Below are positions 8,774 to 18,183 of a stretch of 32,276 bases of DNA, piece by piece (the first letter of the stretch is position 1; the number at the start of each line of letters is the position of its first letter). The notes under the pieces were generated by a model, which saw only the letters and a program-made list of their open reading frames with translations, searched no databases and was not told the origin of the DNA. Source of the stretch: Schlesneria sp. (lineage in GTDB: Bacteria; Planctomycetota; Planctomycetia; Planctomycetales; Planctomycetaceae). A program made the translations under genes and the position numbers. The DNA lies in NCBI GenBank assembly GCA_043738825.1, contig JAYUFF010000630.1:1-32276 (forward strand), read 5' to 3'.

Positions 8774-9892
8774 TCACCCCGTGATTGAGAACCATGCGTG
8801 ACGGCCTCGATCGAACTGAATCTCCAAGTGGTGCTTAGCAGCGACCTCTTCTATCGCCTTGGTCGCGCCTCTGCATGTTCCAACGTAAGCATCATCGCAA
8901 TAGATTCGTCCACCGGACCTCATCCTCGGAATCAAGAACTCCATTGTTTCGAGCGTACTGGTATACGTGTCTACATCGACATGAGCCAGCACGATACCGG
9001 ATAACGGCAACGCCGATTCGGGGAATCGGCCCTTGATGAGAACCACATTTGACAAATGGGCCATATTCAACTGACACGCTTCATAACAAAATCTGAAATC
9101 GCCCTGCTTGTGATAGTTGTCATGCGGAGTAGTCTCTGGAATTCCTTCCCAAGTATCGAAGCCCCAGAAGAGACGGTCTTCGTGTCGCGATGCCAATCGA
9201 AGCATTGATCCGCCCTGATAAACCCCTACTTCAACAACTGGGCCACTAGGAGCGTTTCTTAGGAAAATGGACATGTTGGCCACTTTGTAGTTTGATGTCG
9301 GTGAGTCAAATACCGATCCGGCAAGACACCGGCGCAATTCCACAGGCATGACTTCATTGTCGAACCAATGACCTCTCCAAACGCCATCAATACCGCGGAT
9401 GAAATGGCAGGTCGGCCAATCGTCACCATAGATCGTCAAGAGTCGAGTTTGGCCGGCTAGTTCGACATGCCAACTGCGCTCTGCTCCGGCGGCTCCAGTT
9501 CCGATCGTCCCATCCGATCGGAATTCAAGATGCCGCTGATCGTATCCCACCCGATAATACAGCCAAACTCCTAAAAGATCTGAGTTCCTTGATTGTTGTG
9601 TAACGCAATAGGCCGGCGTCTCCATTGTGAGTGTCGAGGTCAACTCGACCTGCATTCTTTTTCCGAATCCCGATCGGCCGCGCCAGACGCCATCTTGGTT
9701 CTGCCACAGTTGGCAGGTGGTTGTTGATGTACCGTGAAGAGCCAGCCATCCCTTTTGAAAACTCCATGTGCGTTCGCAATCGGCATTTCCTTGTCCGATT
9801 CCGCCATCGGGCAACAGTTCCATCAAGCGTTCGTCATAACCGACTCGGCGATAGAGATAGCAGCCATGAATCATATCGGACGTTATACGCAT
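8774..9892 (-). CDS. TylF/macrocin O-methyltransferase-like protein with a duplicated N-terminal domain of unknown function
   Basis: VVEVGVYQGGS, WGFDTWEGIP, LIKGRFPES, LAHVDVDTY.ST, GGRIYCDD. Two copies of YLY.RVGYD.R..E...DG.IG.G...ER.W...DGVWRG...M.VEL. Confidence 0.85.
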   Translation of the reverse strand: MRITSDMIHGCYLYRRVGYDERLMELLPDGGIGQGNADCERTWSFQKGWLALHGTSTTTCQLWQNQDGVWRGRSGFGKRMQVELTSTLTMETPAYCVTQQSRNSDLLGVWLYYRVGYDQRHLEFRSDGTIGTGAAGAERSWHVELAGQTRLLTIYGDDWPTCHFIRGIDGVWRGHWFDNEVMPVELRRCLAGSVFDSPTSNYKVANMSIFLRNAPSGPVVEVGVYQGGSMLRLASRHEDRLFWGFDTWEGIPETTPHDNYHKQGDFRFCYEACQLNMAHLSNVVLIKGRFPESALPLSGIVLAHVDVDTYTSTLETMEFLIPRMRSGGRIYCDDAYVGTCRGATKAIEEVAAKHHLEIQFDRGRHAWFSITG

Positions 9893-10473
9893 TGTATATC
9901 ATTCATTTACGTTGGCCAATACAAGTATATACAGCTGCTTTCATAGCGGGACTCATGCACATAACAAAAGTGAACCATAGGCCATCAATGAACCGCTTTG
10001 TCTGAGATGAAGCGACTGTGGTTATATAGACTGTCATCATGCAGCCTCGGAAGAATTGCAAACATTCTTGACATCCAGCAATGCGGCAACTCAATGGATG
10101 GCAAGCTGGAGGCCTCATTTGATGAGCTATCTTCATCGGCGACGTTTCATCAGTAGATTCGCCCGGTAAGCCACAACGTTACGGTCGCGTACGAATAGCC
10201 ACTGACTGGCCCCCCCCTCAACCGTTAGCGCAAGAACCTCCTGAGAGAGCAGTAATTGTCGATGTTGAAAACAACCTTGCCAACGAGGGTGATCCAAAGC
10301 GAATGAGTCACTCGTATCTTTGGTTGCCATATGCGAAACGCTCAATTTGCATGTCGGGATTAAGACCAGTTCGGAAAGCAGCCACTGGCGGTATCTGTCG
10401 CTACGCCGTGATTCGTAGACAGCGAACCGCCGCGGCAGCCAGACTGTAAGCACCGACAACAATAAAACATCGC

Positions 10474-11178
10474 TCACTCATAAGACAATCCCGGTGACTT
10501 CATCGGCATTTCGTTGGCAATGCCGACTCTCAAAAAGAAAAGCGGCTCTTCAATGTCGTTGCATATCCCTGCCACGGCATGACCTATGGCCGCACTGGTC
10601 CATGCGCGTGGAACACTCGACGAGTGGAGCGAGTGACATGCGCGAGTATCGTCCATGCGCGCCAATGATGATCAGGCTGGAGTCATATTTGCGTATTCGG
10701 TGTTAACTGCGTGTTCTTCATCAATGAATGCGAGGCAATAATGATCACAGGTTATGATTATTATGAGAACATCCTGTGATTGTGAATTCCCCGGATCAAT
10801 ATGAACGTATGACAGAAACCGCCAAGCCGTGTGCCGCATATATTTCGATAGAAGTAGAAACCGTCTTCCTATTGTGGTTGTTGGCACGGACTTTATATTA
10901 CAGACCGTAATTCTGAGATGAGGTTCTTTGGCTCGGATTGCAGCACGCATGATTCCATTGCTCGAACAGTGCTCTAATCGTTAGAATGCGAGCCGATTTC
11001 AATAACCAAACATATCGGCCAGCGGGAAAAAGGTACTTTGTGATGAGTGAATACACGACGAAATCTATTCTCACTCAACATCCCAAGGAATGTCGCAACG
11101 GAAATCCTTGTCGAGCACATGGGGGGGCGGCGTATGACCACACAGGAATTCGCGGATTATGGTGTCCTTCATGTTCAT
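10474..11178 (-). pseudogene. Heavily decayed methyltransferase-like gene
   Basis: ATG overlaps the upstream stop (ATGA at 11178-11175). Fragments in shifting frames read LVIEIGSHS, GNSQSQDVL, YCLAFIDEEH and TILAH, in the order expected for Methyltransf_24 motifs. Many stops. Confidence 0.4.
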
Positions 11179-11894
11179 CCTTTCAGGTAACGCGGATTGG
11201 CGAGATGGAAGATTCCCAAGTCTCCCCCCTTCATATCGCCAAAGTGCCAGTGAGAATACTTAGCGGTTCTGAGTTGATCCCACCGCTGACGCCCATGATA
11301 CTCGCCGCAAATGAACCTGACATGCTGGTCAATCCAATCGATGTTTGACAAGATGCTGAACTCACTTCCTTCGCAGTCGAGCTTCAATACGTGGATGAGG
11401 TCGCCGCCCATGTCCAACAGGATTTCTTCTAGCGTGATTTTTCGTAGCGGGCGGCGGTCGGTCCAGTATGGATGAATCCTGTCGATGTCGGGTTGTGTAG
11501 CCGACACAACAATCGATCCGCCGGTTGCAGTGCCGCCCTCACGCACTGAATTGAGCAACGACAGTTCACCGGGTTGATAGGTACAAGCAGCATGGCAGAC
11601 CATCGCATACTGTTCAACATTCGCCTGAAGCACAGGCAGGTTTTCAGGACAGGCTTCGATGCACGCGATCTTGGCCAGCGGGTTCTTTTGGTGCCACACA
11701 TGAGCAAAACTGCCAATGTGTGCGCCAATGTCAACAACGAACTCACCTGGCCCGACTGATGTCCGCAGTTGAGTGTGGTAGCAGTTGCCAAGCAGAACTT
11801 CGTTGACCACGTTCATGTCCTGCTGGCCAAGCTGGCCTTGCCTGACGAACAAGCCTTGATAGCAGTCAAACGGCTGTGAAATCATTCGGAGCAT
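11175..11894 (-). CDS. FkbM-family methyltransferase
   Basis: VVDIGAHIGSFA, IACIEAC.EN...L..N, ITLEEIL, IHVLKLDCEGSEF.IL, ICGEYH. Confidence 0.9.
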   Translation of the reverse strand: MLRMISQPFDCYQGLFVRQGQLGQQDMNVVNEVLLGNCYHTQLRTSVGPGEFVVDIGAHIGSFAHVWHQKNPLAKIACIEACPENLPVLQANVEQYAMVCHAACTYQPGELSLLNSVREGGTATGGSIVVSATQPDIDRIHPYWTDRRPLRKITLEEILLDMGGDLIHVLKLDCEGSEFSILSNIDWIDQHVRFICGEYHGRQRWDQLRTAKYSHWHFGDMKGGDLGIFHLANPRYLKG

Positions 11895-12251
11895 CCTCGC
11901 ATCGGTTGATGTGGGCCAACTCAGTCAGCGTTCGTTCAAACTTCGAACACCGGCCGCGATACACAGTCCACGCAGGGGAATGTTCGAACGATCATGAAAT
12001 ATCTTCCCACCAATCAGGAATTGCAGGACGGTTACATCACTTGCAGCGGGGGGCCGCAAGTTTCAATCGTGTGCCCACAAAACCGGCACAGTCACCGAAT
12101 CCGCACGACGACATCTGTCTGAATCGCGGGTTCGTCAGCATCCATAACTCCATTGAGCGGTCGTAGTAGACATCTCCATCGACCAGTCTGCAATGTCGAT
12201 GCAAAAAAACTTGGATCCCGACGGATCCAAAGGATAAAAATCATGAATTCG

Positions 12252-13968
12252 GGCCTGGTTCATGTTGGGTAGCCGGTGGTGATCAGATTGGGGTGGCAAG
12301 AATGTCTGTTTCCGTGAAACTGGGTTGGGTCTCAAACCAAGCTCAGTTTCAGGGAGGAAACAGACATGGACGATTCTCAGTTGCCGGTGGCGGGATTGCC
12401 AGCCACGGGGTCTTCAGCCACCGCGTGTCGGGCGAAGACGTTGGAGCCGGGTCAATGGGGCAAGTTGGCATTGGGGGTGTTGACCGGAGGTCGTTCGGCG
12501 GCTCAGGCGGCGCGGGACGAAGGGGTCAGTCGCAAGTTTGTCGGGGCGCAGGTGGAGATCGCGCGGCAGGCGGTCCGGCACGCCTTCGAGCCGGACTCCG
12601 CCGACACTCCGCCCGACGTGGACGAGCGGGTCTTGTTCTGGATTCCGGTCACCCCGCGATTGATTCGGCGGCTGGTACTGTCCTTGATCCTCGGTTGTCA
12701 CAGTTCGTATCGCGGGGCGGTGGCGCTGCTGACGGAGGTGTTGGGGATCGCGATCTCGGTGGGGACGATTCACAACCTCGTGTGTGCGGCGGCGCAGTCG
12801 GCGCGGCGGATCAACGAGCGTGCCGATCTGTCCGGAGTCCGCCTCGGGGCGCACGACGAGATCTTTCAGAACGGGCAGCCGGTGCTGGTGGGTTGCGATG
12901 TCGCGTCCACATACGGCTACCTCCTGAGTCTGGAGGAGCATCGTGATGCCGACACGTGGGGACTGCGACTGCTGGAGCTGGGCGACCACGGCTGGAAGCC
13001 CGAGGCCACCATCGCGGACGGCGGTCGCGGCTTGCGGGCCGGTCAGCAATGGGCGTCGCCGGGTCTGCCGTGTCGGGGCGATGTGTTTCACGCGATTCGC
13101 GAAGTCGGCCAGGTGGCGACGTACCTGGAGAACCGGGCCTACGGAACCATCGCCGCCTGCGAGCAGCAGGAACGGCTGATGCGGCAGGCGAAGCGCCAGG
13201 GCCAAGGGGACAAACACTCCAAACGGCTGGCTCAGGCGCGGCAGGAGGAGTCGCGTGCGGTGCGTCTGGCGGCGGACGTGTCGCTGTTGATGAGCTGGTT
13301 GCGCGACGATGTCCTGTCCGTCTCCGGTCCCGCGGTCGCCACGCGACGCGACCTGTTCGATGTCCTCGTCGCGGAACTGGAACGACTCGCGCCACTGTGC
13401 CCGCACCGGCTGACGCCCGTGATCCGTGCGCTGCGGAACCAGCGCGACGATCTGCTGGCGTTCGCCGAGGAACTCGACCTCTCGCTGGCGGCCCTCGCGG
13501 CGGAACACCATGTGCCGGTGGAGGTGGTGCGTGAAGTCCTGGCCCTGCTGACGCCCCGCACGACCCCACACTGGCAAGCCGAAGCCACGCTGCGCCGCCA
13601 ACTGGGCGAACGGTACCACGCGCTCCGAACCGCCGTCGCCACCCTCGCCGACCACACGATCCGGGCCAGTTCCGTCGTCGAAAACATCAACAGCCGCCTG
13701 CGGAACTACTTCTTCCTCCGCCGACACCTGAGCGGAGAATACCTGGACTTGGTGCGCTTCTACCTCAACCACCACCGCTTCCCCCGCAGCGACCGAGTCG
13801 GCCGCAGCCCCCACGAGTTGCTCACCGGCCAGCCACAGCGGCACTGGCTGGACCAACTGACCAACCCACCCCGCCACGCCGCCTAACGATCCGTCGTTCC
13901 ACCACCACCAACGACTGCGCTACCGGTGCGCGCCTGCTACCCGAAAACGGCTCGATTTGAACCAAGCC
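12252..13968 (+). mobile_element. Complete 1717-bp insertion sequence (Mutator/IS256-like DDE, family not firmly assigned)
   Basis: IRL GGCCTGGTTCA (12252-12262) and IRR TGAACCAAGCC (13958-13968) match at 10/11. An 8-bp direct repeat TGAATTCG lies at 12244-12251 and 13969-13976. The element is much GC-richer than its flanks. Confidence 0.85.
12366..13886 (+). CDS. DDE transposase (506 aa)
   Basis: N-terminal HTH (AAQAARDEGVSRKFV), HDEIFQ (D), IADGG.GL (D), GDVFH (C/DxxH), a helical insert, then RASSVVENINSRLR (E). GGGAGG RBS. Confidence 0.85.
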   Translation: MDDSQLPVAGLPATGSSATACRAKTLEPGQWGKLALGVLTGGRSAAQAARDEGVSRKFVGAQVEIARQAVRHAFEPDSADTPPDVDERVLFWIPVTPRLIRRLVLSLILGCHSSYRGAVALLTEVLGIAISVGTIHNLVCAAAQSARRINERADLSGVRLGAHDEIFQNGQPVLVGCDVASTYGYLLSLEEHRDADTWGLRLLELGDHGWKPEATIADGGRGLRAGQQWASPGLPCRGDVFHAIREVGQVATYLENRAYGTIAACEQQERLMRQAKRQGQGDKHSKRLAQARQEESRAVRLAADVSLLMSWLRDDVLSVSGPAVATRRDLFDVLVAELERLAPLCPHRLTPVIRALRNQRDDLLAFAEELDLSLAALAAEHHVPVEVVREVLALLTPRTTPHWQAEATLRRQLGERYHALRTAVATLADHTIRASSVVENINSRLRNYFFLRRHLSGEYLDLVRFYLNHHRFPRSDRVGRSPHELLTGQPQRHWLDQLTNPPRHAA

Positions 13969-14130
13969 TGAATTCGTCAATGTACCGAGGATACTACCAT
14001 TTTGTATCAAGCTCGACGAGTTTCCACGCGACTCTCCAGAGTAAGGACTAGACCAGAGTTTTACGATTGCGGAGAGTTTTCAGGAAATCGATTTCATTTC
14101 ACGAAGGCCCTGGTTGTGTTGACCGGCCCT

Positions 14131-15243
14131 CGGCGGGATTTGCGCACGTATTTGGCGTAAGTCCCCGATCGCGGAGGATGTAAGGGACGACGCCATGTGT
14201 TCACGGCCACTCTGACTGCCGAGGTGTGGGCCATTCTTCAATGCTGCCGGGGCTACAAGCCATCGGACAGTGGTTGAGTGAGCAACCTCTTGACTTTCTT
14301 CATGCGCTAGGGTTTCTGCGGACGCCTCTCACGGCTAGCGGCCTGCGCCAGCTGCTGTCGCGGATCGACGTGACCGTGCTGGAAGAGTCGTTGACCTGTT
14401 GGATCAATGACCTGCTGGCGAATGAAACGCCGCCAGTGGACCTCGCGCGGATGGCTTTGGACGGCAAGTCGCTGCGCGGAACTTGGAACCGATTCGACCG
14501 CGCGGTTCATCTGCTGAATGTCGTAGATCAGCGGACAGAGTGCGTCATTCATCAGCGTCTCGTTCCTGGCGACACCAACGAACACAAGGTTGCGCTGGAG
14601 GTGTTGAAGGAATTGGTTCTGACGGCCCGTGTCATCCGGATGTGTGTCAGACGAGTGTCGATGGTGCCGGTCATTACGCGCTGCCGGAGAGGGGCAACTA
14701 GCCGCAACTGGTCGCGACGATTTCGAGCGAATTCACCGCAGAAGACGCAGCGCCCCCCCCTACTTCCAGCGTGAACAAGCCTCCGAACGGGACACCGCAA
14801 TGACCATTACCATGGTCGCCAAGAGCGATGCGCGCTGACCAGCACAACTGCATTGAACGTGTATCTTCGCCAGCACCTCGGCTGGCAGGATGCGACAGGT
14901 CTTTCGCGTGACACGCGAATGCATTTCGATCGACCGCGTCACGGGCGAAAGTCGAGCCTCAGACGAGGTTGTGTACGCCATCACCAGCCTGTCACGCGAC
15001 CAAGCCAACGCCGCGCGGTTGCTGAACCTCAACCGCAACCACTGGACGATTGAAATTAATGTCTTCTACGTGCGCGAAGAAACCTTCGGCAAAGACCGCA
15101 GCCGTATCCGAACCCAATCTGGACCGCAGGTGATGGCCCCGCTGCGCAACGCGGCCCTCAGCCTGCTGAGACTCTCCGCCAGCCAGCGCAGCTGCTCGTG
15201 GATTTCTCAACGCACACGGAATCTCCTCGGCATTGTGAATTAG
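14131..15243 (+). pseudogene. ISAs1-family transposase remnant
   Basis: LRTYLA*VPDR...GRRH N-terminus, ALDGKSLRG, TNEHKVALEVL, YAITSL and RNHWTIE..F.YVREETFGKDRSRIR. Contains stops and frameshifts, and the DA..CQ motif is missing. Confidence 0.88.
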
Positions 15244-15644
15244 GACGGAGCCGTGCGAGTTCCCACGTTCCAGCGTTTGAACGTGCTTGGATTTGCTGCC
15301 GAATAAGAAAATTGATGAATCCTTCGTTGTACTTGTCATGAAGTCCGGCCGGTCGGTCCCCGGCCCACGTCACCCGCGTCGTACATCTTCCCGAAGTGAT
15401 CGACTGTTGGCTGGATGCCTTTGGTTAACGCCCGCCTCATTTGGCCAGTAAATTTGGATTGTGAATGCTCATTGAGGATCAATGACCCGAGGACGAAAAC
15501 TGATCTGCAGGCTCTCGACGGCAAATCTCGTTCGCCAACTGGCGAAACTTCACCGTTGATTGCACAATCTGGTTTGAACGTCCTAATTCTACTCTCACAG
15601 AACAGATCAGCCGGAATCGTACGGCGACGGGTGCAAGACAAACG

Positions 15645-16583
15645 ATGTCAGAGTCTCTTCGTGCGCGCATCACCTTTGGTCCAGAGTTGCCGGAGTTTGG
15701 ATCATGGAATTGGCTGGGTGCGGATCTGGCGCGCGGTTTGGCGAACGACTTCTCCGTCACGATCTTTCGGGAAGAAATCCCTGCTGTGGAGGTGGCCGTG
15801 TTTATCAAGTTTCTGCCTCCCGAGGTCGAACTGCGAGCCATAGCGGAGCGGTCCGCCATCCTGTACTGCCCCGTGGATTTCTATGGAGCAGCAGCAGAGA
15901 TCGATGCCGATGCCGGACGCTTGGTATTGTGTCGACGGATTGTCGCCCACTCTCGACGATTGGTGCGGTACTTCAGTAGCTATGCGTTGACGGCGTATCT
16001 CGACCATCATGTGAAGTATGTAACGCCGACTCGGACCGAGCCGTTGGAATCTGGACCGTTGTTGTGGGTGGGGGTTCGTTCCAACCTTGGTCCGCTCGTC
16101 TCTTGGGTGAACGCTCGCGAGTTACCAGCCGAGTTGATTGTGCTGACCAATGTCGAACACGAAGCGGATTTGCACGATCCCACGCGCCTGGGGTTTCAAA
16201 CCGGGGCTGGGGTGCGAGTCGAACGCTGGTCGCCGGAAGCACATACAGATTGGATCACGCGTTGCCGAGCGGCACTGGATATCAAGGGAGATGATTTTCG
16301 CGCGCGGCATAAGCCACCTGCCAAGGCGTTGGATTTTTTGGCTTCAGGTGTGCCGTTGGCGATGAATGCTGACTCAAGTAGTGCCGAACACCTGCGGGAA
16401 ATGGGCTTTGACTTGGCAGAGGCAACCGACGTGGAGCATTGGCTCTCGCGCGAGTACGCCGAAGAGACGGCTCGGTTCGGTCGCACTATTAGCGATTTGC
16501 TGTCCCTGCCACGGATCAGCGCGCGGTGGCGATGGTTGCTCTGGGATGTCCTGACAGCAGCCGGACACGGAACGAACGCATGA
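15645..16583 (+). CDS. Hypothetical protein, probably a divergent GT-B fold glycosyltransferase
   Basis: LLWVGVRSNL, W...H...I...RAALDI and HKPPAKALDFLASGVP resemble GT4-like C-terminal signatures. The stop overlaps the next ATG (ATGA). Confidence 0.6.
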   Translation: MSESLRARITFGPELPEFGSWNWLGADLARGLANDFSVTIFREEIPAVEVAVFIKFLPPEVELRAIAERSAILYCPVDFYGAAAEIDADAGRLVLCRRIVAHSRRLVRYFSSYALTAYLDHHVKYVTPTRTEPLESGPLLWVGVRSNLGPLVSWVNARELPAELIVLTNVEHEADLHDPTRLGFQTGAGVRVERWSPEAHTDWITRCRAALDIKGDDFRARHKPPAKALDFLASGVPLAMNADSSSAEHLREMGFDLAEATDVEHWLSREYAEETARFGRTISDLLSLPRISARWRWLLWDVLTAAGHGTNA

Positions 16584-18172
16584 ACCACGAATCGGCCGAG
16601 GACGGTGCCTCACACACGCAGGAGGCCGTTCCCAAAGATGTCTGGGACGAGTATCGGTGTCTAACTCGTCAGGCAGTGTGCGGAGAATGGCAGATTGCTG
16701 AACGAGGCTTTGCTCAACTCTTGCCGATTGTTACCGACATTGCATTGCAAGCGCGCATTCAGAATGACATGGGGGTGCTCGCTGCTGCCGACGGACGAAT
16801 GGATGAAGCACGTCGGGCGTTTGCCGCAGCAGCGGCTTTGGCTCCTGATTGGTCCGTGCCACGAAAGAATCAATGCTGTCTGCCTGAGACAACCTCTTCT
16901 ATTCACAGGTCATCCCCAATCCCGGCCATCGATCGACGGACCCGTGTCGCCATTGTCAGCCTGCTGTTCAATTGGCCATCGACGGGGGGCGGCACAGTGC
17001 ATACGGCGGAGACCGCACGGTTCCTGTCGCGGGCTGGTTATGACGTGCGACACATTGTGATTGGCTACGCCGGTTGGGCGGTGGGACAGATCACCGATTC
17101 GGTCGATTGGCCGATTGAACGGCTGGATTTCGACGATGCGTCTTGGCAGCGCACGGAGATCCAGCGCCGCGTTCGCACTGCCGTGGACCGTTTCGCGCCG
17201 GATGCCGTCATCCTGACGGATAGCTGGAGTTTCAAGCCGCGATTGGCGGAAGCGTTGCAGGGTGTCCGCTACGTTCTGCGGCTGGCGGCTCAGGAGTGTC
17301 TGTGTCCGCTGAACAACGTGCGCTTGCTGTGGGATTCCGACGGAGCAACTCGGGCCTGTCCACAGCATCAACTGGCGACACCAGCCATCTGCTCCACATG
17401 TGTTCGCCAACGGAGCCGATGGTCCGGCGCACTACATCAGGCAGAACGAGAGTTGGCCGGCTTTATGGAGCCGGATTACGACAGATGTCTCCGGCACGCG
17501 TTCGCCGGAGCGGCTGGCGTCCTCGTCGTCAATCCGTTGATTGCGGAATTGGTCAAGCCATACGCCCCCGCAGTGCATGTCGTTCCCAGCGGCTTCGATC
17601 CTGCCCGGTTTCCTTTATCGTCTTCGCACCCGGTATCTCACCACGGCCCGGTGCGGTTGCTGTTCGCCGGACTGGTCGATGAGCCGATGAAGGGCTTTGC
17701 AGTTCTGCAGTCGGCTTGTCGTGCCTTGTGGTCGCAACGGCAGGACTTTCGACTCCTAGTGACGGCTGATCCGCGTGGACGTGTTGACGACTTCACGGAG
17801 TTTGTTGGTTGGCAATCGCAGGCTGACCTGCCCCGCACGATGTGCGAAGCGGATATCGTGGTCTGCCCCACAGTCGCCGAGGAAGCTTTGGGTCGAACTG
17901 CGGTCGAAGCCATGGGGGCCGGTCGACCGGTCGTGGCCAGTCGGATTGGAGGACTCCCTTTTACCGTGCTCGACGAAGCCACGGGGCTGCTTTGTGAACC
18001 GGATGATCCAACCGATCTGGCCCGGCAACTGGTCCGGTTGCTCGATGACCCCGACCTGCGGCTGCAGTTGGGAAACGCGGGGCGGCGGCGCTTTGAACAG
18101 CACTACACGTGGGATGTGATCCTCGAACGGCACTACCGGCAAATTCTCGGCGCACCGAATCGAGTACTTTGA
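16580..18172 (+). CDS. GT4 glycosyltransferase with N-terminal TPR
   Basis: NDMGVLAA...DEARRAFAAAAALAP (TPR), GGGTVH, LLFAG....KGF, ADIVVCPT..EALGRTAVEAMGAGRPVVASRIGGL. Internal Cys cluster CPLNN..CPQH..CSTC. Confidence 0.92.
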   Translation: MNHESAEDGASHTQEAVPKDVWDEYRCLTRQAVCGEWQIAERGFAQLLPIVTDIALQARIQNDMGVLAAADGRMDEARRAFAAAAALAPDWSVPRKNQCCLPETTSSIHRSSPIPAIDRRTRVAIVSLLFNWPSTGGGTVHTAETARFLSRAGYDVRHIVIGYAGWAVGQITDSVDWPIERLDFDDASWQRTEIQRRVRTAVDRFAPDAVILTDSWSFKPRLAEALQGVRYVLRLAAQECLCPLNNVRLLWDSDGATRACPQHQLATPAICSTCVRQRSRWSGALHQAERELAGFMEPDYDRCLRHAFAGAAGVLVVNPLIAELVKPYAPAVHVVPSGFDPARFPLSSSHPVSHHGPVRLLFAGLVDEPMKGFAVLQSACRALWSQRQDFRLLVTADPRGRVDDFTEFVGWQSQADLPRTMCEADIVVCPTVAEEALGRTAVEAMGAGRPVVASRIGGLPFTVLDEATGLLCEPDDPTDLARQLVRLLDDPDLRLQLGNAGRRRFEQHYTWDVILERHYRQILGAPNRVL

Positions 18173-18183
18173 AGGAACAGACG

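Noticed and set aside
12414-13877. 487-aa minus-strand ORF and other long overlapping ORFs
   Set aside because: Antisense shadows of the GC-rich transposase, with no motifs.
15250-15640. Short ORFs between ISAs1 and the GT operon
   Set aside because: No recognisable motif or RBS. Probably the promoter region plus debris.
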